From positions 1,346,818-1,383,042 of the forward strand of contig NW_005434673.1 in assembly GCF_000315625.1 (NCBI RefSeq): DNA of 36,225 nucleotides. The letters run 5' to 3'. The notes below the pieces were generated by a model. The model did no database searches. It saw nothing but the letters and a program-made list of their open reading frames with translations, and was not told where the DNA came from. Position numbers and translations under genes: made by a program. Positions 21,970 through 34,565 of the stretch are shown here, in pieces (within the stretch, counting starts at the first letter, position 1; every line of letters starts with the position of its first letter). This DNA comes from Guillardia theta CCMP2712 (taxonomy: Eukaryota; Protista; Cryptophyta).

Positions 21970-23690
21970 TTATTCGACCTTCGGCTTGAGCTCTGCACTC
22001 CTGGGACGGAGGCAAGTCCACAAGACGATTCCCAGCAACGACCAAAGAGCAGCAAAGGCTCGAACATAGAGCAGAACCCATTCTGGTTTCTCTTCCAGCA
22101 GAGGCTCCCAGAAGGGAACATATGGGAGCTTATCGGTCATAGAAACCTGCAAGTGTATGGCAGAGATTTTCCGGTCTTGCCCCCTCACCAAAGCTCCGTC
22201 CTCATTCCGCAAGTCAACCAGTCCGGAGACTTCTTCTTCCATCAAATCGCTGTAGACAGTGATTTAAGCAATGGAAATGTCAGACGATTTTCGGCCTTAC
22301 CTCAACAATAATTCAACTTTCCCAACAAACTCTCCCTTCCCTACTCTGTCCCAGTCCCACACTTCGACCTGCGAGGAGTGAAGTCAGTATCATGATTGCT
22401 GTCCCTTCCATGGGATATTACAATCAGATTAGTTGGCGTCGTCTGAGTCTCGTTGTAAGTGAGCACAAATGACTGATCCCACTTAGGGTTGTAGGTCTTC
22501 TTGATCACTTTTGACTTCTTTGAAGTATCCCCAAGCTTCACGATCACGAAGGGATCGCATTTTGTGTGCAGATCCATCTTCGGCAAATGCTTTGCTTCTA
22601 CCAGAGTGATAGAGATGGTTCCCTGCTTGGGAGGGGGCTTCACCGGGTCCTGCCCTGACTCCGTCTTAACCTTGATACAGATAGCACGCTTTGGGTCGAT
22701 TTCGTATCCTTTCCTGCACACGCACTCATTGTTACCATCAAATCTTGACCCGGCTATGATAGAGCCACAGATCTATAAAGCTTGTCAGAGACGATGATAG
22801 TCAAGATGAACGATATGACTACCTTGTTGCTACCCCTGAAGCACTCTCCATCAGCATAAACAAACCCTTTCTTGCAGACACAGCTATTTTGCCCGTTGAA
22901 GGCTGTGTTCGGTCCAAACCACTGTTGGCAGACTGTATCGTTTGCTTCTACACACGTTCCGTTGCTATCAGGAACTGATCCTGTCTGACATGTGCACGTG
23001 TTGTTGACGGGTTCATACATAGCCAGTGGGCCATACATTCCCTGACAGGTCGAGTTTCCGCCGGTGATACATTTACCGCTTGCATCTGGTATGAAACCTT
23101 TCTTACACTGGCAGTTGTTGATGCCGTCAAACTCGGCGGAGGGTCCAAACTGACTAGCACATACTTCGTTGTTTCCCACGATGCAGGTGCCGTTCACATC
23201 GGCTGTATATCCCTTGACGCATTTACAGCTCCTGACGCCGTCATACTCAGCAAACTCGCCGTACAACTGCTGGCATTGTTCTTCTGGGGAGCGAGGAGCA
23301 GTCATTTCCTCCAAGGAAACAAAGCCATCTTTGTCAAGGTCTGCCCGCTCAAATGAATTGCGCGACTGGGCCTGCCAGCATGTCAGCTCAACATAACGAG
23401 AGCGTGAACAACATGTAAAAACATGATATCACCTCATCAAAATCTTTCCCCTGCTCATCTGCAATGACCTTGTCTTGCTTCAAGTTCTCCTCCATGGAAA
23501 TAAGCCCGTCCATATTCTCATCGTACTGCATGAAGATCTCCTTGAAGTACTGGATTTGCTCCTGGCTCACCTCCTCCTCGACGACATTCATGCCTTTATC
23601 TCCATATACAGTTGTGAGGAGCATCAGCATCCCTAACAGCGCCAAGGCGCGCGCGCTCCTCCACCTCCCCCCGTCTCGCTCTGACACCAT
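21970..23690 (-). CDS. Type I membrane protein: signal peptide, EF-hand pair, five 4-Cys EGF-like repeats, C2 domain, C-terminal TM
   Basis: Signal ALALLGMLMLLTTVYG; EF loops DENMDGLISMEE and DLDKDGFVSLEE; repeats C-x15/16-CxC-x10/12-C; C2 domain ISITLVEAKHLPKMD...CDPFV...KTYNPKWDQSF...VEVWDWDRVG...FVG; TM LLYVRAFAALWSLLGIVLWTCL. Confidence 0.85.
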
Positions 23691-24144
23691 TACTCGGCCT
23701 CCACGTTCGCTAACCGTTACAACGGTTCTCTTTTACAAGTGGGCTGAGCGGCACTGCGGCAGGGTCGGGCCGCCGGCCGGCCCGGGCCGCCGCCCGCGGT
23801 GACTGGCCTCAGACCGGGTGATCGGCCGGCGAGTCACTGAGTCACTGGCTCACCCGAGTGGCCCGCCGGGCACAGGCTGACAGTGACCCGGCGCGGGGAC
23901 TGACTGAGGTGACCGATTCGGCGTCCGATCGCCGCAGCAGTCACTGCCCGGCCCGGGACTCAGACGGCGGCGGTCCGACGGTCAAAGCCTGTTGTGAGTC
24001 TAGACGAGCTACATTAGCACTACAGTAATCTTGTCCAGTTAACGCCCAGTGGGGCCCGGTGGGGAAGGAATAGCTTGAGGATCAGGAAGCGCCTAGCTGG
24101 GAAAGAAGCTCCAAACTGTCCATACTCACTAGGAAGCCTTCCTC

Positions 24145-25537
24145 CTAGTTGTACAACTACAGTCAGAAGCATCAACGTCGCTTGTCAGGAGCTCACGTAC
24201 CTGATACAGAGATCTCTTTCCCAGCACGCTGCTCGCGTTCTGGTGCCCAAAAATTTTGGCAACACGGATGGCGGTCGCCTGAAGAGCGCGACAGTGAGGA
24301 GGAGGAGGAGGAGGAGGAGGACAGAGTGGAGAAGGAAGGAAGGAAGGAAGGAATGAAGGAAGGAGGAGAGGAGAGGAGGAGAGGAGAGGAGGAGGAGGAG
24401 GAGGACAGGGCGAGGAGGAGGAGGAGGAGGAGGAGGAGGAGGAGGAGGAGGAGGAGGAGGAGGAGGAGGAGGAGGAGGACAGGGCGAGAAGGAGAAGGAG
24501 GAGGAGGAATAGAGTCTCACGGATGTCAGTAAGTTGTCGCCGACAAGAACTGCACACTTTCGCTCTCCTTCAGCTTCATCAGCCTCCTTCCAAGGAGGCG
24601 CCTCCTGTCTCTCCATGGCCTCAGCCTGTCAGTGTGTCAGCGGCAGGCACGAGCAGCAATCAGCTACTTTCACCATCTCCATCACCACCCTGTTGGTCCT
24701 CTCCTCCACGTCTCCAGCTCCACTCAGCAGCTCCCTCTGCTTCTCGTAGGTTGCCTCCTCCTCCCAGTCCTCCTGCTCCTGTGGGCTACACCACTGCATC
24801 CCCTCCAGGACCTGAAGGAGAGTGAGCTGCTAGCGACAAAGTGACTGTGTTACATGCTGCACGTGAGGGCCCAAGATCCAGTCTGCTGTTTCTTGACATA
24901 TCCCTGCTCCTGCGTGAGAGCATGGCAGGGAGGCTGTGGGATGTGCAAAATACAATGATACTAGAAACGAGGAGAGAGGGGAGGAGGAGGAGGAGGAGGA
25001 GGAGGAGGACAGAGTGGAGGAGGAGGAGGAGGAGGAGGACAGAGTTGATGATGATGATGATGAGGAGGAGGAGGAGGAGGAGATCGAGGGGGGTAGGCGG
25101 AAAGAGGAGGAGGAGGTCGAGGAGGTCGAGGTCGAGGAGGAGGAGGAGGAGGAGGACCCATCTGAAGCGGATGGGAGCTAGAGCTGGATTTCTCGCACCT
25201 CGCGGAGATGACAAGACGAGGGTCACGCGAGGGAGGAAGCGAAGCTTCTGCTTGATCAGCAAGCATCGTTTCTTGCCTTGCTGTGACAAGCTGCCCGTGT
25301 GCTGCTGCTGCAAGTCAGGACACGCCACTGTCGCTCCTCTGCTCAAAGACACCTCTTGCTGTTGGTGGGAGAGAAAGAGGATAGCGCCGAGCCCTTTTCT
25401 TCTCCTGCACATCACGTGAGGAACAAACGCCCTCTGCTTCTCCACCCTTCTGACAGCTTCTCCAAGAACATCCTAGGAATCTCCTCAGGCGTCTGACTCA
25501 GCGTGGCGATGGCAATCCTCGGACTGCCCAGCAGCAT
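24145..25537 (-). CDS. Hypothetical multi-exon protein
   Basis: Splice-flanked protein-like segments (VLEGMQWCSPQEQEDWEEE..., AEAMERQEAPPW..., ATAIRVAKIFGHQNASSVLGKRSLYQ) lie between GAG-microsatellite introns. No recognisable family, and the ends are uncertain. Confidence 0.35.
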
Positions 25538-25573
25538 CTTATCAGGCACGCTAAGAAAACAGCAGCAGCAGCA

Positions 25574-25944
25574 TCACATCCTCCTCATTGATAGCAGGAG
25601 GGCTCGCAGCCCTACTCGACCCGTTCATGCTTGCGAGCGAACAGCAAGTGGTTTCACCCGTCAGAAAGCTCTCATCCAACCCTCCTCCACATGTTCCCTT
25701 GCAGTTCTTACAAAAGTCTGCTCAGAGTGCAGACTGGGATACAACAGCTCTCTTCACCACATTCCCAAAGTCGATCAGTTTGCAAACCAGACCTTGTCTC
25801 CCCCCATCCTGATGCACCATATGACCCGCCTCCTCAAGATTGTTGAGGGAGAAAGAGCATGACTTACTTGCGTATCGAAGGAGAGAAGCAGCGAAGATCC
25901 GTAAAATCTGCACGGTTCTGTAGAGTCAGCTTTCATCATCATCG

Positions 25945-25979
<35 letters not shown>

Positions 25980-27347
25980 GTCATCGTCATCGTCATCGTG
26001 CAGAGGGGGATCACATACTCAAATTCTGTCTGCGAGGAAAACCAATCATACAGCTCCAGGAAGTATCGCTCAGCCTGACGCACGCAAGTGAGTCCATGGA
26101 GGAGAAAGGAGGGAGTGTACCTCTTGACGTAAAGAGTCCGTGGACAAGAATCGGAGGAGGAGGTCGCTGAAATCTTGCTGGAGTACACCAGCATCCGAAC
26201 ATCAGTTGCATGTATGCAAGAGAGAAGGAGCAAACACCAAAGTCTTGGGCTCATCTTTGCTGTATTTGTACCCAGCTTGTATGAAATCATCGCCGCTGGC
26301 AATATTCCTTCTTATCATCGTCATTGAGGAAGTTGAAGCCTGATACCTCTCGTTGAGCATGTGGGCTCCGATGACCCTCGCTCCTATCGATCCTTGTGTG
26401 CTCTGCCCTCTAACGTCACCGGCGCTCTCGATCACTCGGCTGAAACCTCCATCGCCTTCTGCGTCTGCTCGTCAATCTTGGCTGGCGACGCCTCCACCCC
26501 GTAGGTTCTTGTTCCTATCTTGACATCCTGCATGCAGGGTGAGAGACTTGGAGCAGCAGGACATGAACACACGCACAGCGATCGCTGGTTTCGCAAGCCC
26601 CTTGATCGCGTTCTCCATCACGATCCATTCTTGCTTCTCTCCGGATTTATCGTCTACAATCGTGCGCGTTCTGATCGCCACGTCACTGCACATGCCAACG
26701 GAGGAATGCGTCTTGCCCGTGAAATTTCGGAACGAAGCGAGAGAGGAAGGGATGATTGACAGCATCCTGAGGGCAAGCATTACACATGCCACGGCAAAAT
26801 CAGCGTGTTGGCGCTTGCTAGCAAAGAGAGGAGAGGAGAACCTTGAGGAAATCGATTTCTTTCCTGCCACGAGCACCGGACTGCACAATCTTCAAGACAA
26901 CCTTCGAGCAGCATGGAGCATGTTACTAACAGTTTTGAATACCCTTCTGAAAGGCTTCAGGTCCCTCCATTCCACCCTTCTTCGCACCATCTAATGTCCC
27001 CGACAACAAGTGGACAACAAGATTCTTTCACCGGGATCCCTTCACCAGTCAATCTCTCACACACTTCTCTTCTTCCTCGCCCAAGGCTATCACTGTATGC
27101 CACCTTCCTTTTCGCTTTCGTTCCGCATCTCCCTCTTCCAGCACATACCCCCCGAAACCTCCTGACACTCCGACGACTTGCTCCGACTGGCTTCTAGCTA
27201 CCTCCGCAGTCCCCCCCCCCCCCCCTTCCCTCCCATCAGTCGCACCCTCTCTCACTCTCCTCCTCCTCCTCCTCTCACCTCCCCATCGGGCTTCACGCCC
27301 TGGTCATGTCCGCCCACTGCGAAGCCATCGAACTGTTTCTTGGGCAT
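25574..27347 (-). CDS. Inositol polyphosphate kinase (IPK/IPMK family)
   Basis: Motifs in the expected order: AVGGH, RGRKEIDF, IVMENAIKGLAKPAIA-DVKIG (PxxxDxKxG), FYGSSLL, KLIDFG, DESFLT-GLRALL. Confidence 0.88.
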
Positions 27348-27453
27348 GCCACGGGATCCGAAGGAGCGTGGTAGCACAACGGACCGGTCTTTTCTCCGCC
27401 TTTTCAATCGAATTGAAGGGTAGGGTGCAAAATGGGATATGAGGGGTATGAGT

Positions 27454-30400
27454 TCAAAGGCGCTGGGAATCAGGTGGAGAAGAGCAACTCAAGTCTTTCG
27501 TACCACATCCTGCTGCTGGTGCTGCTGGTGCTGCTGGTGCTGGTGCTGGTGCTGGTGCTGCTGCTGCTCCTCCTCCTCCTCCTCCTTTTCGCCTTGCTAT
27601 CCTGCTCTTCGCTGGGCCAAATCTCCCTTCCTCCTCCCCTGGCACTGCATCCTTCTACTTCACCTGCCTGACTCGCCTAGCCAGACTAGAGTTACCAGGC
27701 CCAGTTGCGTCAGCACCTGAACTTCGCTCCCTTCCTCCTTCATATTTCTGCTCCTCATTCTCCCCGCCCATTTGCCTCCTACAATCAGCCCGGCAGGACC
27801 TCGAAGGGCAGGAGGAGCTGGGCAATCTCTTTATTTCATCTCGAATCTCACTGTACAACACCCGCCCCCTCCATCCCTCCCCCCTCCTCCTCCTCACACC
27901 GACTGCCAGCAGCAAGTCAGCAGTCAGCAGCAACTAAGTCTGCGGCGAATCTTGACGCTCACCTCCTCCGTCTCCGAGCTGGTGAAGTGCTGGGTAACTC
28001 CCGCGCAGTAGGCGTCTCCCAGCACGTTGACCTGGAGGTCAGGACGGTTGTCAGACGAGGACCAGAGAGCGAGCACAAGGACCGTCGTTCTGAGTCGATC
28101 CAACGCCCAGTCGACCGTGAAGATCCTGCAGGGGGACACTGAGTGGAGGAAGGAGAAGGGGAGAAACGAGGCGAGCAGCTTGAGGAGTGTGAAGGTTTGG
28201 CGAGATTCTTCGGAGCGAGAGGAGGGAAGGAGAGGAGGAGTAGAGGAGTAGGAAGAGGACGAGGAGTGGGATGAGGAGGCGGATTTACAGGGAGAGATCT
28301 CCAGTGTACTCGTCCAGGCCGGCAGCCTGCAGGACCATGACCTGATCGATGACTGTCAGCGGCACAGGGGCGGAGTCCAGCTGGGCTCACCATGGTCACG
28401 AGCCCAGCTGACGGGATCGCAGCAGCTCCGACGGCTGCTAGGGTAGAAGTTGCAGCGATGACTTGACAGGGTGTCAAAGTGAGTTCTCAGGTCACAGGAG
28501 TTTTTGGGGGGGGGAGCGGAGGTTACCGATCATGTGCCCAGCTGACAAGGGGACCTGGTGCAGCTGGACAAGTCGTGAGGGCTTGCAAGGCACGCGGCTC
28601 AGGTAACGCTACCTGGGCGATGAAGATGACGGTGAGGGCCTCGTAGAGCGCCGTTCCTGCCACTTCATGACAACAAGGAGGGAGGGATGGTAGTCAAACC
28701 ATTCATGTTGACCGTCGCCCCGAGCGGGAGAACAAACTTGCAGATCTTGAAAAGTTCTCTCAGACTCCCCGTCAACAAGGGCCAGCGAGAACTTGAACCT
28801 GCGGGGAGACGCCGTTCCTCTCGCAGCAAAGGATAGTGACGGGCCTTGCATACAGTCAGCTACCTTCTTCAGTCAGGACCGGTCAGTACAGAGTGGCCGA
28901 GGACGAGTCAGTCCCGAAGGCAGTTGCCAGGGCAGGCAAGAGCCCTGCAGCTGCTCAGCACAGCGAGAGTGTCAGGTATTGTAGTTCCCACCCTTTGTGA
29001 AGGTCCACGGGTTGGTCTTGGTATTGAACCAGAAGATGGCTGAAAAGATGTCAGCCGAAAGACAAACGAGCAACGATGAGTCATGAAAAGAAATTTCTCC
29101 ACCTGGTAGCAAGATGAGGCCATGGATGCCCAGCGCTATGGTGACTGCGAAAATGTACATCACCAGTGACTGCCAGGCAAGTCAATGGCAGTGGGAGATC
29201 GAGACGGTAGCAAACAGTTACCCGGAACTTGTTTCCCAAGTCGTCAGACTCGCACATTTGTGATGATATCAGGCAGCAGATGCCCAGGGGTGAAAGCCAA
29301 AGGATTGCTTCCACCATCTTCATCACCACATGGTTGAAGATGGTAATAAGATGGATCATAGAAGCCTGGAACGCTCGTTGTCATGTCGTTTCCTACTACT
29401 GCAGTTCTCACCGTTTCACTGGAGTCCAATCTTGACAACATTATGCCAAAGAAGACCGAGAAGACAAGCACGCCTAGGATATTCCTACTCTGCCACTCAG
29501 ATGCTGTTGACAGAGTTCAAAGTACTCCCGACATGTTCGCCGCTGCCTCAACGATGTTGGGCGGACACATCTTTAAGAAGACATCTGCATCAACGGTTGT
29601 CAATCCTACTTGCTCCCGACCATCACGCATGACAGGACAGAACCTAGAATAGTGTCGAGCATGCCCGCGTTAGACCCATTCTTGGAGCTTCATCAAATTT
29701 TCAGCATTATCTCTCAGTAGCGGAAAAATTCAACCTCGTCGTTGTGTTGGTCCAGGTCGACACGGCTGATGAGCAGAACAGTCAAATTCATCTCATGATA
29801 ACGTTGTCAAAGATGAAACTTTGTGACAGATCCGCCTGAAGAACACATCTACTGCACCGACCTCCACTACCAATTTCCACAATTTCTCTCACCTGAACCG
29901 GGCTGTACCGTTACTACGACGACAAGACCGACAATGACCTGGAAGTCATCATCATCGCTTGAAGTTTGATCTCAACATCCTCCACCGCAAGAAAGGTAGT
30001 TCCAGCCATGAAGGAGATTGCAATTCTGATATCATGTCAGCGACGACGAACAACCTACGCGTCCCTGTCTACTTGGCCAGTCGCTTGGTTGAGGACCCGG
30101 CCTTGGAACAACGACCGTCAGGAGTCACAGCGCGAGAAAGGTTGAGATCACCTCCTTCAAGGCACAGACACCAGCAATCATGCTTCCAGATATCAGTGGT
30201 AGAACCTGTCAAAGGGAGCCACGAGCTCAGAAATCAGAAAACCTCCTTTCTCCCCAGTCACCATCATCTTCAGGAGATTCAAGAAAGCTCTTCCAGGAAA
30301 GCCCACTTGTGACATACGATCAGGAACCTTGCAACAACGACAGCTGATCATGTTTCACCTAACTTCGTCACAATGTATCTCGGCTGTGTACCAGAACATT

Positions 30401-30964
30401 AGCATGCGATCAAGGAAGGGTTGTCAGAGCTCACCGAGTCCTTTCCTGTACCAGGTGGGAGACTGGAAGTCAAGATGATCCCCAGGACTATCCCGCAAAG
30501 AACTCCTGCAGAGGAGAATGTTTAACAACCCAGATACCAACACAACACCTTGCCATCACCACATACTGTGTAGAACAGGAGGGGATCTCTCCTCCACGCC
30601 CTGTGCATGCAATCCCACCGGCTGATCCTCCGATTCCTGTTGGTCCTCATCACGGGCGTGCTGGCAGGAACTCACGTCAGAGCTTACATCTCCTCTTCAT
30701 CCATCGAGTCTTCCACGAGCAGCTTCTCGTGCCCGTGCGAGCGATTGCGATCCTCATCCACTGGGGGCAGCGACTCGTCAAAAGACTACGCGGATCCCCT
30801 TGCGCTTACCCTCCTCTTCCATTTCTCGCTCATTCTCAGAGCTCCACCTTCGCTCGAGCTTGACGGACATCTTGATACGCACCAGTCAGAACAACGGACC
30901 CCATGCCACTTGTCAGATCGTTCGTATGCTCGCCATGGGCTGTTAATTGCAGACTCCGTACCAT
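27454..30964 (-). CDS. Dicarboxylate/amino acid:cation symporter (DAACS/SLC1, EAAT-like), many exons
   Basis: GVLVFSVFFGIML, LSPLGICCLI, ATAFGTDSSSATL, GATVNMN-GTALYEA, GAAAIPSAGLVTM, VDWALDRLRT, VNVLGDA. Both termini are approximate. Confidence 0.9.
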
Positions 30965-32357
30965 GAAGCTCACCAACGGCAACGAGCACGCTCAATGCTG
31001 ACATCATCCACTAGATGTTAAGTACTGAGTTCGGATACAAGTTATAGATCTTGACGAATTTTTCTGGAGCTCAATCTCCTTTCAAACCTGCAGCTTTCCT
31101 AGATTTTCACACTTGCAACTCGATTATTATCGAAGGGTGGCATACAACCTTTTCCTCTTATCATGTTACCATGGTAGAAACATCGATCTGCTCATCCCCC
31201 CTCGTCAATCTTTCGCTGCTCTCTTCCTCTCTTCCTCTCACCTTCCTCTTCCTCCTCTTCTTTCGTCTACTGCCCTTCGTGTAAAAGCTTCATTGCCATT
31301 GCTCCTCATGTTTGGAGAGATCCACCCCACCCCCACCGGGGCCCCCACCCCCATTGAACCATCCCACCCCCACATTCTACCTTTTAATCACCCCATCTTG
31401 AGCTTTCTGACTACCCACCCTGTGGTGCAAGTGCCTATGGCTGCCCCACCCCTACCCTTTTCTTAGTCCATATGAAGGTGCCACATACACCCCGGCAAGA
31501 AGTACCCCCACCTGCTCTCAACAAACATTCTGGTCAACACACCCTCGCAATCAGCATTGATAACAGGGGTCGTTGCAGGCCTTGTGAACATTCGCGGACA
31601 AAATTTTATCCCCTACCCCCTATTAAACTGGAGTTTTCATGGCCACATGGAATTACGGTAGGGTCCATGGGCTTTGGATGGATCGGGCCAACCCTGGAAA
31701 ATTCAGTACCCTACCCTGTTCTAACCATATTTTCGTACTAAAGGACCCCTACTCAGGGGCTACTAGGAATCCTTGGGTTATAGCGGGGATGTGGTCTCAA
31801 CGCACATAAACGGACATGATGGCGCGAAAAAAATAGGCGTGAGGGAGGAGGAGCCGGGGGGGAAGAGTGGAGGAGGAGCGGAGGATATGCAAGCAGAAGG
31901 ACGCAGAGAAGAGGACATAGTTGAGACAAAGAGCAAGAGACAGATGCGGAGAGGACGATGGGAAGAAAGAATGATGATGAGAGATAGAATTTCGAATTGA
32001 ACGATCGGGAAAGGAGCCAGAATTCTCAAGAAAGCTTGATGAAGAAGAAGATTGAAAGACGACAGCGAGTCAGAAATGTTACGATGATGCAGAGAAAAGG
32101 TCTCACCTGTTAGTTTGAAACACATCAATTTAGATCGGTAGGGGTAATACCTCTCACACGCGCAAATTGCATAGGGATGAAGTAGAAATCTCTTACGTTG
32201 AGCTTATCGTATCACCCTGTTGCATTCTTTGCAATTGCCTTCGTAAGAAACTCAACACATTTCCAGCTATTTTGGTTTTGCAAGTGCTTTGTGTCTTGCA
32301 GTAGCACTTTTGTTGCTCCTGATGAATCTTGGGTAGGGTTTTCTATAGCAAGCCAAA

Positions 32358-33774
32358 ATGCCATCTCCAATGGACTTCATGGCACACGAATTGCAACAGC
32401 CGGGATCAGGAAAGGAGATTTTCGAATTGAAGGACATGCTTGATGCGGTAAGAACTCTATGCGCTCCTTTCTTAATCCAGAGGATCTTTAATTCCACATC
32501 GCCAGGCAGAAAAGCAAGAGAAGGAGAGAGAAGAACAGAAAAGGAAGAAACTGGTGAATGCCGGCAGTGATTTTGTATGATGCTGATGGTTTGAATTCAG
32601 GTTGGGGAGATCTTCGAGGATCAATCTACTGACGTACTTGAATTTGTTGTTCTGGATCAGCTCTAATCCTCTTCTTCAGAAAGATGAGAAGCAACAAATC
32701 GACGATTGGCTCGACGAGATCTCAAGGAAGGTAACACCCGAAGATCGTCTCGAAACTTCAGTGGTACATTTTGAACTTATCCCAGGATTCTCAGCTGCGA
32801 AAACAAACGCAGACCACCAAGAAGGAGGAGGCCTTGCCTCCGATCCGGAACAGCAGCAAGCAAAAGAAGATGATACAATCGGGCCCCAGTGAAGTTGAGA
32901 AGCAGAAAGAGAACCATCCTGACAGAAAAGCCGAAAATGCGGACAAAATGAAGAAAAACCAGAAATACTATAGTTATGATTACTTTCGAGAATGGGACAA
33001 GTTTGATGTATGTCACTGAAACGGCCGCTTGGGGGAAGTTCGTTGACCTCTCCATCAGGTTGAGGAAGAGCTGAAGAGGATTGAAGAGGAGGAGAAGCAG
33101 CAAGAGCAATTCAGGTAGAGCGAGCTCTCAGACTGCAGCACCTTGCTGATTGCCCACTTGAATCAGGACTTTCAAGAAGAAAGCGGCCGATGTCTCCGAT
33201 CCTTCCGAGGTGCATGACTCCAATGTCTCCTACAAGATCGAGAAGATGACCAAACTGGAGAGATGTACGTCTGTGCATGTGTCAAGATCGTCTTGTTGCT
33301 GATCACGATGTTTCAGCGATGGCCTCCAAACGAGAGAAGGAGAAGGGGAACGAATGTTTTCGGTGCGGAGAAATCAATGCTGCCATCGGGTTCTACTCCA
33401 AGTCCTTGGAGCTCTGCCCTGATGACCACCTCGTGCTCGGAAATCGTGCTCAAGCTTACATTGCATCCAACTGCTTTTATCAGGCTGAGTTGGACTGTGA
33501 CAAGGCGCTGTCGATCGAGCCGAGTTACCACAAGGCGCGTTACAGGCGAGCGGTAGCGCTGGAGAAGCAGGGCAAGTATGAGGCTGCAATGGACGATATT
33601 CGAGCTCTGCTGGAGCAGGAGCCGGAGAATCAGGCTGCAAAAGTTTTGATGAGAGATTGTGAGTACCGACTCAAGGACAAGAGGGAGCGAGAGGAGGAGA
33701 AGAAACGCATAGAGGAGGAGAAGCGCAAGTACGACGCAGCCCCTCGTCGCAAGATTCAGATCCAGGAGCTTGAT

Positions 33775-33814
<40 letters not shown>

Positions 33815-34521
33815 GGATGAATCTTCAAGCTCTGAAGAAAGCAAGAGAATCCGTAAAGGAGAAGGAGAATGCCAAAAGGAATGCGGTAGATGTTCCCAAG
33901 CAAGAATTGTCGCAGGACGAGGAGTCCAAGAGATTGAAGCAAGCGGCGGAGGAGCGGCTGCTGAAACTGGAGGCAGCGAGGAAGGAGAAAGATTTGGGCA
34001 ACGACAAGTACAAGGAGAAGAAGCTGCAGGAAGCTCTTGTTCACTATACTCGATCACTCGATCTCCTCCCGCGAGACAACGAGCTGAGTCACTTGGTGCT
34101 GTCTAACCGAGCTCTCGTACACATCGAGCAGCGCAACTTTCTCCAGGCAGAGAAAGATTGTTCGGATGCTATCGAGATCCACTCGCGGTGGGCGAAGGCC
34201 TGGCACAGGAGAGGAGTGGCGCGATGTAAGCAAGGGAAGCTCGAGGAGGCGATGAAGGACCTTGAGGAGGCTCTCAAGATTGAGCCCAACGCGAGCACGA
34301 CGCTAGATGAATTGAAGAATGTTCACTCGCTGATGGCGAAGAAGAGGAGCGAGAAGCAGATGGAGGGGAGGTCGCATCCCGTTGGAATGAGCAGCAAGAT
34401 CCAGATCATTGAGGAAGATGAGGATGACGAAGACAAAGATGATGACTTTGTCTTCGTGGACAGAGTTGGACAGGAAGAGACCAAGAATTCTTCCTCACGT
34501 GTGAAGATTATTGAAGTAGAG

Positions 34522-34565
<44 letters not shown>

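Noticed and set aside
24129-25445. Arg-, Pro- and Glu-rich ORFs
   Set aside because: They derive from intronic (GAG)n tracts with a GACAGAGT interruption.
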